A stretch of 64,000 nucleotides of DNA from Mobula hypostoma. Its lineage: Eukaryota. The position numbers and the translations under genes are program-made. Each line of letters starts with the position of its first letter. Position 1 is the first letter of the stretch. The notes under the pieces were generated by a model, which did no database searches, was not told where the DNA came from, and saw nothing but the letters and a program-made list of their open reading frames with translations. The stretch spans positions 1,240,001 to 1,304,000 of the forward strand of contig NC_086097.1 in the NCBI RefSeq assembly GCF_963921235.1, read 5' to 3'. Shown here in pieces: positions 1 to 13,929 of this stretch.

Positions 1-131
1 ATTAGGGTGTGCTGTTTCATGCATGTTGATTCCATTGCTCAGATCATCTAAAACCTGCTTGACATTGGCCTGAGGTGGAATGTATACTGCCACCAAAATG
101 ACCCCGGAGAACTCCCATGGTAGGTAAAATG
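1..131 (-). mobile_element. Rex1/Babar-like LINE, AP-endonuclease fragment (runs off window edge)
   Basis: Minus-strand translation FYLPWEFSGVILVAVYIPPQANVKQVLDDLSNGINMHETAHPN contains the FYLPxEF...AVYIPP motif of Rex1-type APE. Confidence 0.75.
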
Positions 132-844
132 TATGGGTCAAATTAAGAGAGTAAGGAACAAGCCAATGTTTGGCCATTACTGGAATGGACCTGGAGTTGA
201 TCTGAGGTAGCAGATCTGCGATGAGGTCGAGACAAGGTAATGGGGCCCATGCCTGAGAAAGATGAACGACTGATGTTGGCCTGATTTAAGCACCAGGCCA
301 GATTGAAAAGCTTGGACACAGGTCGAATCAAGGCAGTGCTGCCCAGGCCCGAAAGCATATCAACGTGGCAGGGGCTGGGTCCAAGTGCAGTGTGAGAGCC
401 GATATTTGGCCGATTTAAATGTCGAGTCATATTGAAAAGGACATGATGTCAAGGAGAAAGACAAGTGCTCGCTGCTTGGCAGGGTTGACTCATTTCTGTG
501 CTGAACTGAGGTTGTGGCCTGAAACTAACAGGCTCCTAGACTGGCTGTAATGATGAACTGGCACTGTGGCTGTGAAATCACTTTCACAAGCTTGAGATTT
601 GAATGTTATTTGCTTACTTTTAATTGTTTGCCTGATGTGTTCTGTTTTTTTACACACGTGTGTTTGACAGTCTTTTTGAACGAGTTCTGTTGGGTTTCTT
701 TGTTTTGTTAGGTGTAAGGAGATGAATCTCAAGGTTAAATATATACTTTGTTGAATAATACATACTTCGATAATAAATATATTTTGGATGTTGTGAACGA
801 CATAAAAGATAATTAATTTAATGAAGGTTACATGAAATCTCCAA

Positions 845-3135
845 TAGTCATGGGAGATTTCAACGCACATCAATTGGGAAAATAAGATTGGTAATGGATC
901 TCAAGAGAGTGAGTTTGTTGAATGCCTATGCTTTTTAGAGCAGTTTGTCGTTGAGCCTACTAGAGGATCTTCTATACTGAATTGGGTGTTATGTAATGAA
1001 CCAGAGGTGATTAGGGAGAGTAAAGTAAAATTTTTGAACTCTTAGGGGGCAGTAATCACAATACGATTGAGTTCAACTTGAAATTTGATAGGGAGAAAGT
1101 AAAGTCTGACGTAGCAGTATTTCAGTGGAGTAAAGTCAATTACAGTGGTATGAGAGAGGAGTTGGCCAAAGTAAATTGGAAGGAGATGCTGGCAGGGATG
1201 ACAGCAGTGCCGCAATGGCTTGAGTTTCTGGGAAAAATGAGGAAGGTGGAGGATAGATGTATTTCAAAAACGAAGAAATACTAAAATAGCAAAATAGTAC
1301 AAACATGGCGGACAAGGGAAGTCAAAGCTAATCTACGAGCAAAGAGAGGGCATACAACAAAGCAAAAATTAGTGAAAGACAGAGGATTGGGAAGGGTTTA
1401 AAAACCTACAGATGGCAATTAAAAGAGTGATTAGGAGGGAAAAGGTGAAATATGAAAGCAAGCTAGCAAACAATATTAAAGTGTATAATAAAATTTTATT
1501 CAAGTATGTAAAAAAGTACAATTGAAATGAGAGTGGATATAGGACCACTGGAAAATGAGGCCAGAGAAATAAACACAGTGAGCCAATGAGATGGCAGATG
1601 AATTAGATTTCCTCTTGTTTGTGAAAGAACTGAGTATTTCTCATTAGTCTTCACTGTGGAAGACACTAGCAATGTGCCAGGTGTTGAAGGGTGTGAGGGA
1701 GAAGGTGCTCAAAAAGCTGAAAGACCTAAGTCACCCGGACCAGAGAACTGCACCCTCGAGTTCTCAAAGAGGTAGCGGTAGAGATTGCGGAGGCATTAGT
1801 AATGATCTTTCAAAAATTATTAGACCCTGGCATGGTGCCAGAGGACTGGAAAACTGTAAATGTCACTACACTCTTTCAGAAAGGAGGAAGGCAGCAGAAA
1901 GGAAATTGTAGACCAGTTAGCTTGACCTGTGGTTGGGAAAATGTTTGAGTCAATTGCTAAGGATGAGGTTATGGAGTACTTGGTGACACAGGATAAGATA
2001 GGATGAAGTCAGCATGGTTTCCTTAAGGGAAAATCTTGCCCAACGAATCTGTTGGAATTCATTGAGGAGATTACAAGTAGGATAGATGAAGGGAATGCAG
2101 TTGATGTTGTAAATTTGGACTTTCAGAAGGCCTTTGACAAGGTGCTACACATGAGACTGCTTACAAGACAAGACCCAGGGTATTTTTTTCCTTGAATCCT
2201 TTCCTGGTTGACTGCCAGTGACTAGTGGTATTCCACAGTGGTTGGTATTGGGACAGTTTCTTTTTATGCTGTATGTCAATGATTTAGATGATGGAATAGA
2301 TGGCTTTGTTGCCAAGTTTGCAAACACTGGTGGAGGGCAGGTAGTGGTGAGGAATCAGGTAGGCTGCAGAAGGACCAAGACATATTAGGAGAATGGGAAA
2401 GAAAGTGGCAAATGAAACACAATGTTGGAAGATGTATGTTCATGAACTTTGGTAGAAGAACTAAATGTGTAGACTTATTTTCTAAATGGGGAGAAAATCC
2501 AAAAATCTGAGATGCAAAAGAGACTTGGGAGTCTTTGTGCAGTTCAGCCTGAAGGTTAACTTGCAGGTAGAATCAGTGGTGAGGAAGGCAAATGTACTGT
2601 TAGCACTTATTTCAAGAGGTCTAGAATACAAGAGCAAGGATGTGATGCTGAGGCTTTATAAAGCACTGGTGAAGCCTCACCTTGAGTATTGTGAACAGTT
2701 TTGGGCTCCTCATCTTAGAAAAGATGTGCTGGCATTGGAGAGGGTACAGAGGAGGTTCACAAGGATGATTCTAGGAATGAAAGGGTTATCATACGAGGAA
2801 CGTTTGATGGCTCTGGGTCTGTACTTGTTGGAATTCAGAAGGATAAGGGGGGGATCTCATGGAAACCTTTCGAATGTTGAAAAGCCTAGGTACAGAGGAG
2901 ATGTTAGGGGTAAGTCTCTTATGCAGAGATTAGTGAGTGCGTGGAATGGGCTGCCAGCCATGGTGATGGAGGCGGATACGATAGGGTCTTTTAAGAGACT
3001 CCTGGATAGGTACATGGAGGTTAGAAAATTGGAGGGTTATAGGTAACCCAGGTAATTTCTAAAGTGAGTATATATTCGACACAGCATTGTGGGCCAAAGG
3101 GCATGTATTGTGCTGTAGATTTTCTATGTCCCTAT
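845..3135 (+). mobile_element. Degraded CR1 LINE ORF2 (APE end, RT, C-terminus), joined to a 3' end from a second CR1 family
   Basis: DFQKAFDKV-like and PHLEYCEQFWAP motifs with many stops and frameshifts; ends in a ttttctatgt tail at about 3130. Confidence 0.85.
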
Positions 3136-4400
3136 ATTCTCCCCATTTAGATAATAGTCGGCAACTACTGTTCCTTTTACCAAAATGCATTATCATACAC
3201 TTCCTAGCACTGTATTCCATCTGCCAATTTTTGCTCATTATTCCAATTCGTCTCAATTCCTGCTGCAATTGCATTGCTACCTCAGCACTGCCTACCCCTC
3301 CACCTATCTTCATATCCTCTGCAAACTTTGCCACAAAGCCATCAATTCCATTTTCTAAATCATTGACAAACAACGTGAAAAGTAGCAATCCCCTGAGGAA
3401 CATCACTGGTCACCAGCAAACAACCAGAAAAGGCCCATTTTATTTCCACTTGCTGCCTCCTTCCTGTCAGCCATTATACATGCCCGTGTCTTTCCTGTAA
3501 CGCCACAGGGTTTATCTTGTTGAGCAGCATCTTTTTATCTTGAAGATTTTATCATTAGGCTCCAAGTACCTCGAAATCTCATCTTTAATAATAGACACCA
3601 GCACTTAACCAGTCACTGAGGTGAGGCTAACTGGCCTACAATTTTCTTTCTTTTGCCTTCCTCCCTTCCTAAAGAGTTGAATGTCATTTGTAATCTTCCA
3701 GTCCTCTGGGGCCATGCCAGAATCAAGTGATTCTTGAAAGATCATGACCAATGCATCTGTTATCTCTTCAGTAACCTCTCTCAGGACTCTGGGATGTAGT
3801 CCATCTGGCCCAGGTGACATCCACCTTAAGACCTTTGAATTTGCCTAGCACTTTTTCCTTTAGAAATGGCACTCACTCCTGCTACCTGGCAATCACGGAC
3901 CTCTGGCACACTGCTAGTGTCTTCCACAGTGAAGACAGATGCGAAGTACCCATTAAGTTCATCTGCCATTTCTTTGTCCCCCATTACTACCTCACCAGCA
4001 TTTTCGTGATCCAATATCAACTCTCACTTCCCTTTTACTCTTTATATAACTGAAAAAAAACTTTAGTATCCTGCTTTAAATTATTGGCTAGTCTGCCCTC
4101 ATATTTAATCTTTTCCCTTATAGCTTTTTTAGTTGCCTTTTGTTGGATTTTAAAAGCTTCCCAATCATCCAACTTCCCACTCACTTTTGCTACCTTATGT
4201 ACCCTTTCCTTGGCTTTTATGCAGTCCTTGACTTCATTTGTCAGTCATGGTTGCCTACCCCTGCCATTTGAGAACTTCTTCCTCTGCCGGACATATTTAT
4301 CCTTTGCCTTGTATTCCCAGAAATTTCGGCCATCTCTGGTCTGCCATCATCCCTGCCAGTATCCTCCTCCAATCCACCTGTGGAAGCTCCTCTCTCAGCC
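3136..4400 (-). mobile_element. CR1 LINE ORF2 fragment with internal deletions
   Basis: Minus-strand ORFs SPGPDGLHPRVL...RPVSLTS and FVAKFAEDMKIGG. Confidence 0.85.
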
Positions 4401-4444
4401 ATGATTGAATGGCACAGCAGACTCAATGGGCCAAATGTCTAAGG

Positions 4445-7095
4445 GATGGCTTTTTAGAACAGCTTGTTGTTGAGCCCACTAGGGGATCGGCTGTGCTGGA
4501 TTGGGTGTTGTGCAATGATCTTGAGGTGATAAGAGAGCTTAAGGTTTGGAAACCTTAGCGAACAAAGATCGCAATATGATCAAGTTCACTTTGAAATTTG
4601 AGAAGGAGAAACTAAATTCCAATGTGTCGGTATTTCAGTGGAATAAAGGAAATTACAATGGCATGAGAGGGAAACTGGCCAAGGTTGACTGGAAAGAGAC
4701 ACTAGCAGGAAGGACAGCAGAGCAGAAATGGCTGGAGTTTCTGTGAAAAATGAGGGAAATGCAAGACAGATATATTCCTAATAAGAAATTTTCGAATGGA
4801 AGAAGGACACTACCCTGGCTGACAAGTGAAGTCAGAGCCAAAGTAAAAGCAAAAGAGAGGGCATACAAGGAAGCCAAAGCTAGTGGGAAGAAAGAGGATT
4901 GGGAAGCTTTTAAAAACTTGCAGAAGGAAACTAAAAAGGTCATTAGGAAGGAAAAGATGAATTATGAAAGGAAGTTGGTGACTAATATCAAAGAAGATAC
5001 TAAAAGCTTTTTTAAGTATATAAAAGGTAAAAAAGAATTGAGGGTAGATATAGGGCCAATAGAAAATGACGCTGGAGATGGCAGAGGAACTGAATGCACA
5101 TTTTGCATTAGTCTTCACAGTGGATGACATCTGCTATATACTGGACATTCAAGAGTGTCAGGGAAGTGAACTATGTTCAGTGAAAATTACGTCTGAGAAG
5201 ATGCTCAGGGACCTTAATGGTGTGAGGGTGGATAAATCTCCTGGACCTGATGGAATGCACCCTCGGGTTCTGAAGGAAGTAGCTGAAGAGATTGCAGAGG
5301 CATTAACAATGATCTTTCAAGAATCGATAGAATCTGGCATCGTACCGGATGATTGAAAAATGCAAATGTTACTTGGCTATCTAAGAAGGGTGGGAGGCAG
5401 CAGAAAGGAAACTTATAGTCCTGTTAGCCTGACAGCAATGGTTAGGATGTTGTTGCAATCGATTGTTTGGGATGAGATTATGGAGTACCTGGAGGCACAA
5501 AACAAGATATGCTAAAGCCAGCATGATTTCCTGAAAGGAAAATCCTACCTGACTAACCTACTGAATTTTTTTGAGGAAATTACAAGCAGGGTAGACAAAG
5601 GAGATGTAGTAGATGTGGTGTACTTGGATTTTCAGAAGGCCTTTGACAAGGTACCGCACATGAGGTTGCTTAGCAAGGTAAGATCCCATGGAATTACAGG
5701 GAAGTTACTAGTGTGGGTGGAGCATTGGCTAGTCAGCAGAAAACAGAGAGTGGGAATAAAGGGATCCTATTCTGGCTGGCTGCCGATTACCAGTGGAGTT
5801 CCACAGGGGTCGGTGTTGGGACCGCTGCTTTTTACGATTTATGTCAATGATTCGGACTATGGGATTAATGGATAAATTTGGCTAAATTTGGATAAATGTG
5901 GCTAAATTTGTCGATGATACAAAGATAGGTGGAGGAATGGGTAGTGTTGGGGAAACGGAGAGACTGCAGAGAATTTTAGATAGTTTAGGGTAATGGGCAA
6001 AGAAGTGGCAAATTAAATACAATGTTGGAAATTGTATGGTCATGCACTTTGGTGGAAGAAATAAATGGGCAGACTATTAAACATAGAAAATAGGTGCAGG
6101 AGTAGGCCATTCGGCCCTTTCAGCCTGCACCGCCATTCAGTATGATCATGGCTGATCATCCAACTCAGAACCCTGTACCAGCCTTCCCTCCACATCCCCT
6201 GATCCCTTTAGCCACAAGGGCCATATCTAACTCCCTCTTAAATATAGCCAATGAACTGGCCTCAACTGTTTCCTGTGGAAGAGAATTCCACAGATATTAT
6301 TTAAATGGGGAGAGAATTGAAAATGCAGAGATGCAAAGGGACTTAGGAGTCCTTGTTCGGGATACCCTAAAGGTTAACCTCCAGGTTGAATAGGTGGTGA
6401 AGAAGGTGCATGCAATGTTGGTATTCATTTCTAGAGGTATAGAAAATAAGACCAGGGATGTGATGTTGAGGCTCTATAAGGCACTCGCGAGACCACACTT
6501 GGAGTATTGTGTGCAGTTTTGGGATCCTTATTTTAGAAAGGATATACTGATATTGGAGAGGGTTCAGAGAAGAGTCATGAGAATGATTCCAGGAATGAAC
6601 GGGTTACCGTATGAGGAACGTCTGGCAGCTCTTGGGCTGTATTCCCTGGAGTTCAGGAGAATGAGGGGGGATCTCATAGAAACATTCTGAATGTTAAAAG
6701 GCCTGAACAGATTAGATATGGCAGAGTTATTTCCCATGGTAAGGAAGTCCAGGACAAGAGGGCACGACTTCAGGATTGAAGGACGTCCATTTAGAACAGA
6801 GATGTGGAGAAATTACTTTAGTCAGAGGGTGGTAAATCTGTGGAATTTGTTGCCATGAGCAGCTGTGGAGGCCAAGTCATTGGCTGTATTTAAAGCAGAG
6901 ATAGATAGGTTCTTGATTAGCCAGGGCAACAAAGGGTATGGGGTGAAAGCAGGGGAGTGGGGATGACTGAAAGAATTGGATCAGCCCATGATTAAATGCC
7001 ACAGCAGGCTTGATGAGCCGAATGGCTACTTCTGCTCTTATATCTTACGGTCTTAAGGTTTTAAATGCCCTAATTCTGCTTCTTTGTCTTATGGT
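4445..7095 (+). mobile_element. CR1 LINE ORF2 and 3' UTR, interrupted at 6080-6292
   Basis: [39 protein letters not shown] and PHLEYCVQFW; tcttatgg-type tail. Confidence 0.88.
6080..6292 (-). mobile_element. Short 5'-truncated CR1 3' end, same family as 17370-18830
   Basis: Reverse complement closely matches 18605-18815 by eye; inserted in the middle of another CR1 at cagactatta/cagatattat. Confidence 0.85.
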
Positions 7096-7284
7096 CTAAT
7101 GGTCACATCTGTTTAAGTCATAGCATAAGAGTTGATAAATCTCCAGGGCCAGATGAGATCTGACCCATGTTGCTACAGGAAGCAAGGTAGGTGATAGCTG
7201 AGGCCTTGACAGAGATTTTAACATCCTGCCAGCCAAGATTGAGATGCCAGAAGATTTGAGGGTCACTAATGATGTTCCTTTCTT

Positions 7285-10200
7285 TAAGAACATTAAGAAC
7301 ATAAGAAATAGGGGAAGGAGTAGGCCATCCAGCCCATCGAACCTGCCCCTTCATTCAATAAGATCATGGCTGATCTGTCCGTAAACTCAGCTCCATCTAC
7401 CTGCCTTTTCCCCATAACCCTTAATTCCCTTACTATGTAAAAACTTATCTGCCGGCAACTGTTTCTTAAATATATTTATTGAAGAAGCCTCAACTGCTTC
7501 CCTGGGCAGAGAATTCTGGGAAAACAGTTTCTCCTCATCTCCGTCCTAAATCTTCTCCCCTGAATCTTGAGGCAATGTCCCCTAGTTCTAGTCTCACCGA
7601 ACAATGGAAACAATTTTTCTACTTCTATCTTATTTATCCCTTTCAAAATTTTGTAAGTTTCTATAAGATCCCCTCTCATTCTTCTGAATTCCAGAGAGTA
7701 TAGTCCCAGGCGACTCAATCTCTACTCATAGGTTAATCCCTTCATCCCCGGAATCAATTTGGCGAACCTCCTCTGCACTGCCTCCAAAGCCAGTATATCC
7801 TTCATCAAGTATGGAGACCAGAACTGCACACAGTACTCCAGGTGCAGCCTCACCAGTACCCCGTATAGTTGCAGCATGACCTCCCTGCTCTTGAATTCAA
7901 TCCCTCTAGCAATGAAGGCCAACATTCCGTTTGCCTTCTCAATAACCTGTTGTACCTGCAAGACAACTTTTTGCGATTCATGAACAAGCATTCTGAAGTC
8001 CCTCTGCACAACAGCATGCTGCAATCTTTCACCATTTAAATAACAGTCTGTTCTTCTATTATTCCTTCCAAAGTGGATGACCTCGCATCTACCAACATTG
8101 TATTCCACCTGCCAGACCTTGGCCCATTCACTTAACCTATCTATATCCCTCTGCAGACTCTCCACATCCTCTGTACAATTTGCTTTTCCACTCAGTTAGG
8201 TGTCATCAGCAAATTTTGCTACACTGCACTCAGTCCCCTCTTCCAAGTCATCAATGTAAATGGTAAACAGCTGCGGGCCCAGCACCGACCCCTGCAGCAC
8301 CCCACTCACCACTGACTGCCAACCGGAGAAACACCCATTTATCCAACTCCCTGCCTTCTATTGGTTAACCAATCCACTATCCATGCCAATACACTTCCTC
8401 TGACTCCATGCATCCGTATCTTATTTATAAGTTTCTTGTGCGACACCTTATCAAACGACTTCTGGAAATCCAAGTATACGACATCCACCTGTTCCCGTCT
8501 ATCCACTGCACTCATTCTGTCCTCAAAGAACTCCAGTAAGTTTGTCAAACAGGACCTGCCCTTTCTGAATCCATGCTGCGACTGTCTAACAGAACCACTC
8601 CTTACTAAATGTTTCGCTATTTCTTCCTTAATGACAGCTTCAAGCATTTTCCCGACTACAGATGTTAAACTAACTGGCCTATAGTTGCCTGTCTTTTGCC
8701 TACTTCCTTTTTTAAAAAGTGACGTGACAATTGCTGTCTTCCAATCTGTCCAGACCTGCCCAGAGTCTAGAGAGTTTTGATAAATGATTACCAACGTGTC
8801 TACTATAACCTCTGCCAATTCCCTCAGCACCCTGGGATGCATCCCATCAGGACCAGGGGACTTATCTACCTTCAGGCCCTCTAGTTTGCTCATCACTATC
8901 TCTTTAATAACAGTGATTTTTTTGAGGTCCTCACCTCCCATTTCGTCCATAACATCCTTCTTTGGCATATTAGATGCGTCCTCCACCGTGAAGACCAACA
9001 CAAAATAGTTGTTCAATGCCTCAGCCATTTCCTTATCACCCAATATCAATCTCCCTTCTCGTCTTCCAAGGGACCTATGTTGACTTTAGCCACCCTCTTC
9101 CGCTTTATATATTTATAAAAACTTTTGCTATCTGTTTTTATATTTTGTGCTAATTTACTTTCATACTCTATCTTCCCTTTCCTTATTTCTTGTTTCGTTG
9201 TTCTCATTGCTTTTTAAAGTTTTCCCAATCCTCCAGTCTCCCACTACTCTTTGTGACTTTGTACACATGAGCTTTTAATTTGATATTATCTTTTATATCT
9301 TTAGTTATCCAAGGCTGGCTCTCCCCACACTTACTGTCCTTACTTTTGACTGGAATATATTTCTGTTGAGCACTGTGAAAAATTTCTTTGAAAGTATTCC
9401 ACTGTTCCTCAACTGTCTTACCAAATAGCCTGTGCTCCTAGTCTACACTAACCAAATGCTCCCTCAACCCATTGTGGTCTCCATTGTTTAGGCATAATAC
9501 ACGAGTTTTAGATCTAACTATTTCATTCTCCATCTGAATGCGAAATTCAATCATACCATGATCACTCTTTCCAAGAGGATCTCTGACTAAAAGATTGTTA
9601 ATCTTACCTGTCTCATTGCACAGGACTAGATCTAAGATAGCATTTTCCCTTGTAGGTTCACTAACATGCTGCTCAAGAAAGCCATCACGGATGCATTCTA
9701 TGAAGTCCTCCTCAAGACTACCTTGACCAACCTGATTCACCCAATCTATGTGGAAGCTGGCGTGTGGCCAAGTGGTTAAGGCATTCGTCTAGTGATCTGA
9801 AGGTCGCTAGTTCGAGCCTTGGCTGAGGTGGCGTGTTGTGTCCTTGAGCAAGGCACTTAACCACACATTGCTCTGCGACGACACTGGTGCCAAGCTGTAT
9901 GGGTCCTAGTGTCCTTCTCTTGGACAACATCGCTGGCGTGGAGAGGGGAGACTTGCAGCATGGGCAACTGCTGGTCTTCCATACAACCTTGCCCAGGCCT
10001 GCGCCCTGGAAACCTTCCAGGGCGCAAATCCATGGTCTCACGAGACTAATGGATGCCTATTAAATCAATGACAACTGCCGTTCCATTCTTATAAGCCTCA
10101 GTTATTTCTTGGTTAATTGCCTCTGCCACTGTAATATTTTTATTAGGTGGCCGATAGACAACTCCCACCAGTGATTTTTTTTTCCCTTTACTTTTCTTAA

Positions 10201-11190
10201 TCTCTACCCAGATGGACTCAACATTCTGCTCTGTAGATCTTATATCGTCTCTCACAATCGCCATGATCTCATCCCTAATCAAGAGCGCCACCCCACCTCC
10301 TCTGCCTTCCTGCCTATCTTTGCATATTACCTGATACCCTTAGATATTTAATTTCCAGTCATCTCCATCTTGCAACCAGGTTTCTGTAATGGCCACTAAA
10401 TCATATGCCTTGGTACTGATCTGTGCCACAGGTTCACTAACCTTGTTTCTAATACTACGGGCACTTAGATAAACTGCCCTTATACTCATTGTCCTTTTAG
10501 AATCTAGTGACCTATGTGATTTTTGTTTTTTACTTTTATGCTCTCTACTCTCACTTTTTTCTTCACTAAGACTAGCTTTGGTCTCTGGTCTCTGCATCAC
10601 TTCTCTCTTCTTTTCTGTGTGGGTTCCCATACCCCTGCCATGTTAGTTTAAAGGCTCCAAAACAGCACTAGCAAACACTCTCCCTAGGGTATTGATCCCA
10701 GCCCTGCCCAGATGTAGACCGTCCGGACGGTACTGGTCCCACCTCCCCCAGAAGCAGTTCCAATGCCCCAAGAATCTGAAACCCTCCCTCCTGCCCCACC
10801 ACTGAAGCCACATATTCATTCTAGCTATCCTGCTATTCCAACTCCGGCTAGCACGTGGCACCGGTAATAGTCCTGAGATTATTACCTTTGAGGCCCTACT
10901 CTTTGATTTATCTCCTAGCTCCCTAAATTCAGATGTAGGACCTCATCCCGCTTTCTTCCTATATTGTTAGTACCTACATACACCATGACAGCTGGTTGCT
11001 CACCCTGCCCTTTCAGAATGCCCTGCAGCCTCTCTGAGACATCTCTGACTCTTGCACCCGGGAGGCAACACACCACACGGGAGTCCCATTTGCAGCCACA
11101 GAAGCTCCTCTCTATTCCCCTTACCATAGAATCCCCTACCACAACAGCTTCACCACTCTTCTTCCTGGCCTTATGCGCAGCAGAGCCATC
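7285..11190 (-). mobile_element. Near full-length degraded CR1 LINE (ORF1 SGNH-esterase part, ORF2 APE-RT, 3' tail)
   Basis: ORF1 VVVGDSMVRG...CCLPGA...VYVGTNN (10915-11190) and DGLHL; ORF2 AITETWL, YRPP, SDH and RT motifs; ttcttatg-type tail at about 7285-7305. Confidence 0.88.
9752..10062 (+). mobile_element. tRNA-derived SINE (about 310 bp) inserted in CR1
   Basis: A box TGGCCAAGTGG (9765-9775), B box AGTTCGAGCC (9809-9818), then a gtgtccttgagcaaggcacttaacc core; it interrupts the CR1 APE region. Confidence 0.8.
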
Positions 11191-11992
11191 CTTGCAAAGA
11201 ACAGCAGGGATAATCAAGGTAACCACAGGCTGGTGAGTCAAACACCACTGGTGGAGAATACAGTAAGGACTCCACTATTTATTTGTAAGGATATATTTCT
11301 TAGTGTAATTTATATATTTTATCATTATGCATTACACTGTACTGCTGCCACAAAACAACAAATTTCATGACATATGCCAGTAATATTAAACCTGATTCTT
11401 ATTTTGGATAGGATTTTTGTCCACTAGGAAAGTCAATGGCTGATCAGAGTTAGTAGTTATCTGTTTGTGCAGAAAAATCCTGTCTCTGATTATAAGAAGG
11501 ACGTAGAGAATTTGGAAAGAGTGTAGAAGAGGTTCGCCAGGATGCTGCCTGCACTAGAGAGTGTTAGCTATAAGGAGCGGTTGGACAAATTGAGATTGTT
11601 TTCTCTGGAGTGTTGGGGAGTAAAGGCAGATTTGATAAAAATTAAGATTATGAAAGATTTAGAAAGCCAGTATCTCTTTTTCCCAGGATTGAAATGTCTA
11701 AGACGAAGGGGGTAAGTTTAAAGGCGATGTGCAGGGCACAGAGAATGGTGGGTGTCTAGAATGCATTGGCAGGAGTGGTGAAGGCATTTAAGAAGCTCTT
11801 AGACAGGCAAATGAACGTGCGGAGACTGAGAATATTGCTGGGACAATCATGGCGTTCCTGTGAATTGGGAACAACCAATCAGCAATTCCTGTCCACAGTA
11901 CCCTTTTGGAAAGGATGCCAAAGAAAGTGGTTTCCCCAACAGAGAAAGATTGTGCATGCAGGTGTACGAGGACTGAAGCAGAGTTTACTCAC

Positions 11993-12051
11993 GGACTCCT
12001 CTCTCGCATGCATGTTTGCCTTCTGTCTCCTGAGATCCGATTTAATTACAG
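11993..12051 (-). CDS. FLVCR2: FLVCR2-like MFS transporter, internal coding exon (likely exon 9 equivalent)
   Basis: ttcacatttgacAG|59 bp|GTgagt. The phase-1 junction with the previous exon gives ...GTVLT-A-VIKSDLRRQKANMHAREES; DLRRQKAN is the FLVCR2 post-TM12 motif. Not present in the ORF track. Confidence 0.92.
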
Positions 12052-12599
12052 CTGTCAAATGTGAAGAATGACATCGTTAGTTCCTTCTCACCACTTTTCA
12101 TTTGCATTTTCATATTTTCTTTCACTAATTGTAATCAGGATTGATTGAAGTAAAAGAAAGTGCAAATCAGGGGGCACCTGCACTGAAAGGTAATATTAAC
12201 TGAAGTATCTTAGCTCTGACGTAACGGTCACTTGCTCTGCCCCTCGCCCCATAAATACCACCCAACATCTAAAGATGTTGTGAAAGAGTGTAAGAGTCAC
12301 GTCTCACACCAGTCCTGTGACCTGGCAACACCATTAACAAAGTCATTCACTTCCAATAGCAAACTCTCAGCTGCTAGGGAAAGCAGAAAATGACAGTGGC
12401 AATCAGAGATTGGAAGCAAGAGAAGAGGAGACTCTCACAGGTTGGCGAATGTGCATTCAAAACCAGCGCTGGACAGGGTTTCAGCTTTGAGCAGTGGCCA
12501 ATCAGATTGAGATTGATTAGCAAGAGCAAATAAACATAAGGCACAGGCATTGTTAGAGTGAGGATTTGAGGCTTTAGCGCTTCAAGGATTCAGCGAGGA

Positions 12600-13500
12600 G
12601 AGGATTGAGTGAGAGAAGGCAAAAAGCGAAAGGTAGTGTTTTTTCAGTTTAGTTATTGTTTCCTTCTTTATATTTGCTCAGTTAGAACCGTAGAGATTCC
12701 AGGTAGGATAGTGAAATGCTCCTTTTGCAGGACATGGGAAGGCAGGGAGACCTCCAGTGTCCCTGACCACTTCACCTGCAAGAAGTGCATCCTGCTGCAA
12801 CTTCTAACTCTGTGTTACGTTGTTGGAGTTGGAAGTGGATCATTTGGCAGGCTAACAGGGTGATAAACAGGACATATGAAGAAATAGTTACACCCAAGGT
12901 GCAGGACACAGGAAACTGGGTGACAGGAAGGGAAAAGCGGTTAAATAACCAGTGCAGTGTACCCCTGTGGCCATCCCTCTCAACAACAGGTATACTTTGG
13001 ATACTGTTGAGGGTGGGGGAATGATCTAGTGGAGGGAAATGTTCTGTGACTTAGAAGGAAAGGTAGTCGGGGAGAGCGGGGGAGAGGGGAGGAGAGGTGA
13101 GCTGTGGGTGGTAGGGGGAATGCATTAGATAGGTGAACAGAAAGTTGGTTCCGTGGACGAGAATGAGGTTCCTGGATGGCACGTTGCCTCCGGGTGCCAG
13201 GGTTCAGGACATCTCGGATCGATTCCTCAGAATTCTTAAGTGGGAGGCTAAGCAGCCAGAGGTGATGGTCCATATAGGTTCCAATGACAAAGGTTGGAAG
13301 AGGGACGAGCTTCTGCAAAGACAGTGCAGGGAGTTAGGTGCAAAGTTAGAGGTCAGGACTCCAGGGTTGTGATCGCAGGATTGTTACTTGTGCCACGTAC
13401 TAGTGAGGCCAGGAAAGGGTAGAGGGATTGTGTAGGAGGAAGGATTTCATATTTTTGGATCACTGGGCTCTCCTCCAGGAAAGCTGTGACCTGTACAGAA
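12600..13500 (+). mobile_element. CR1 5' region / ORF1 remnant (Cys-rich N-terminus and esterase)
   Basis: CSFCRTWE...FTCKKC zinc-finger-like motif; LPPGARVQDISDR...VMVHIGSND. Confidence 0.75.
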
Positions 13501-13929
13501 GAAATTTTACTCTGTACGATATCCAGTTACCTGTAGTGTCATCAAATGTATCAATCTTTCTCTTTTTATAGTTATTATCACCCACTATTCACTGTTTATC
13601 AACCCATGAATTCTTCCATTTCAGTTTTTTAACTCGACTGTTTCTGTCCCTTTAAAAGAAACATGTGCTGCGTTGCGCTGTGTTTTTTAATTTACCTTTT
13701 CTCATGGGCATATAAAAAATCTTAACACCTTGTGTTTGTTTTAAAAGTACCTTAGTGCCACTGCTGTACTTGTAACTCCAAACATAAAAGTAATTTAACG
13801 GAAAAAAGAGAGAGTCCAAAATGCAAGTCTAACTCAGTTTTACATGATCCCGATCCCGATCCCTCCATTTCCTGCATATTCATGGGTCTATCTAACAACC
13901 TCATAAATGCCACTGTGCTATTTCACTCA

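Noticed and set aside
9752..9830. tRNA gene
   Set aside because: The A and B boxes continue into a SINE body, and there is no proper acceptor stem or Pol III terminator.
11756..11857. Possible terminal FLVCR2 exon after the acceptor-like gctgattggttgttcccaattcacAG (peptide ERHDCPSNILSLRTF...)
   Set aside because: Most of the putative exon is antisense CR1 sequence and it does not resemble the FLVCR2 C-terminus I recall. The real last exon probably lies beyond position 1; RNA-seq is needed.
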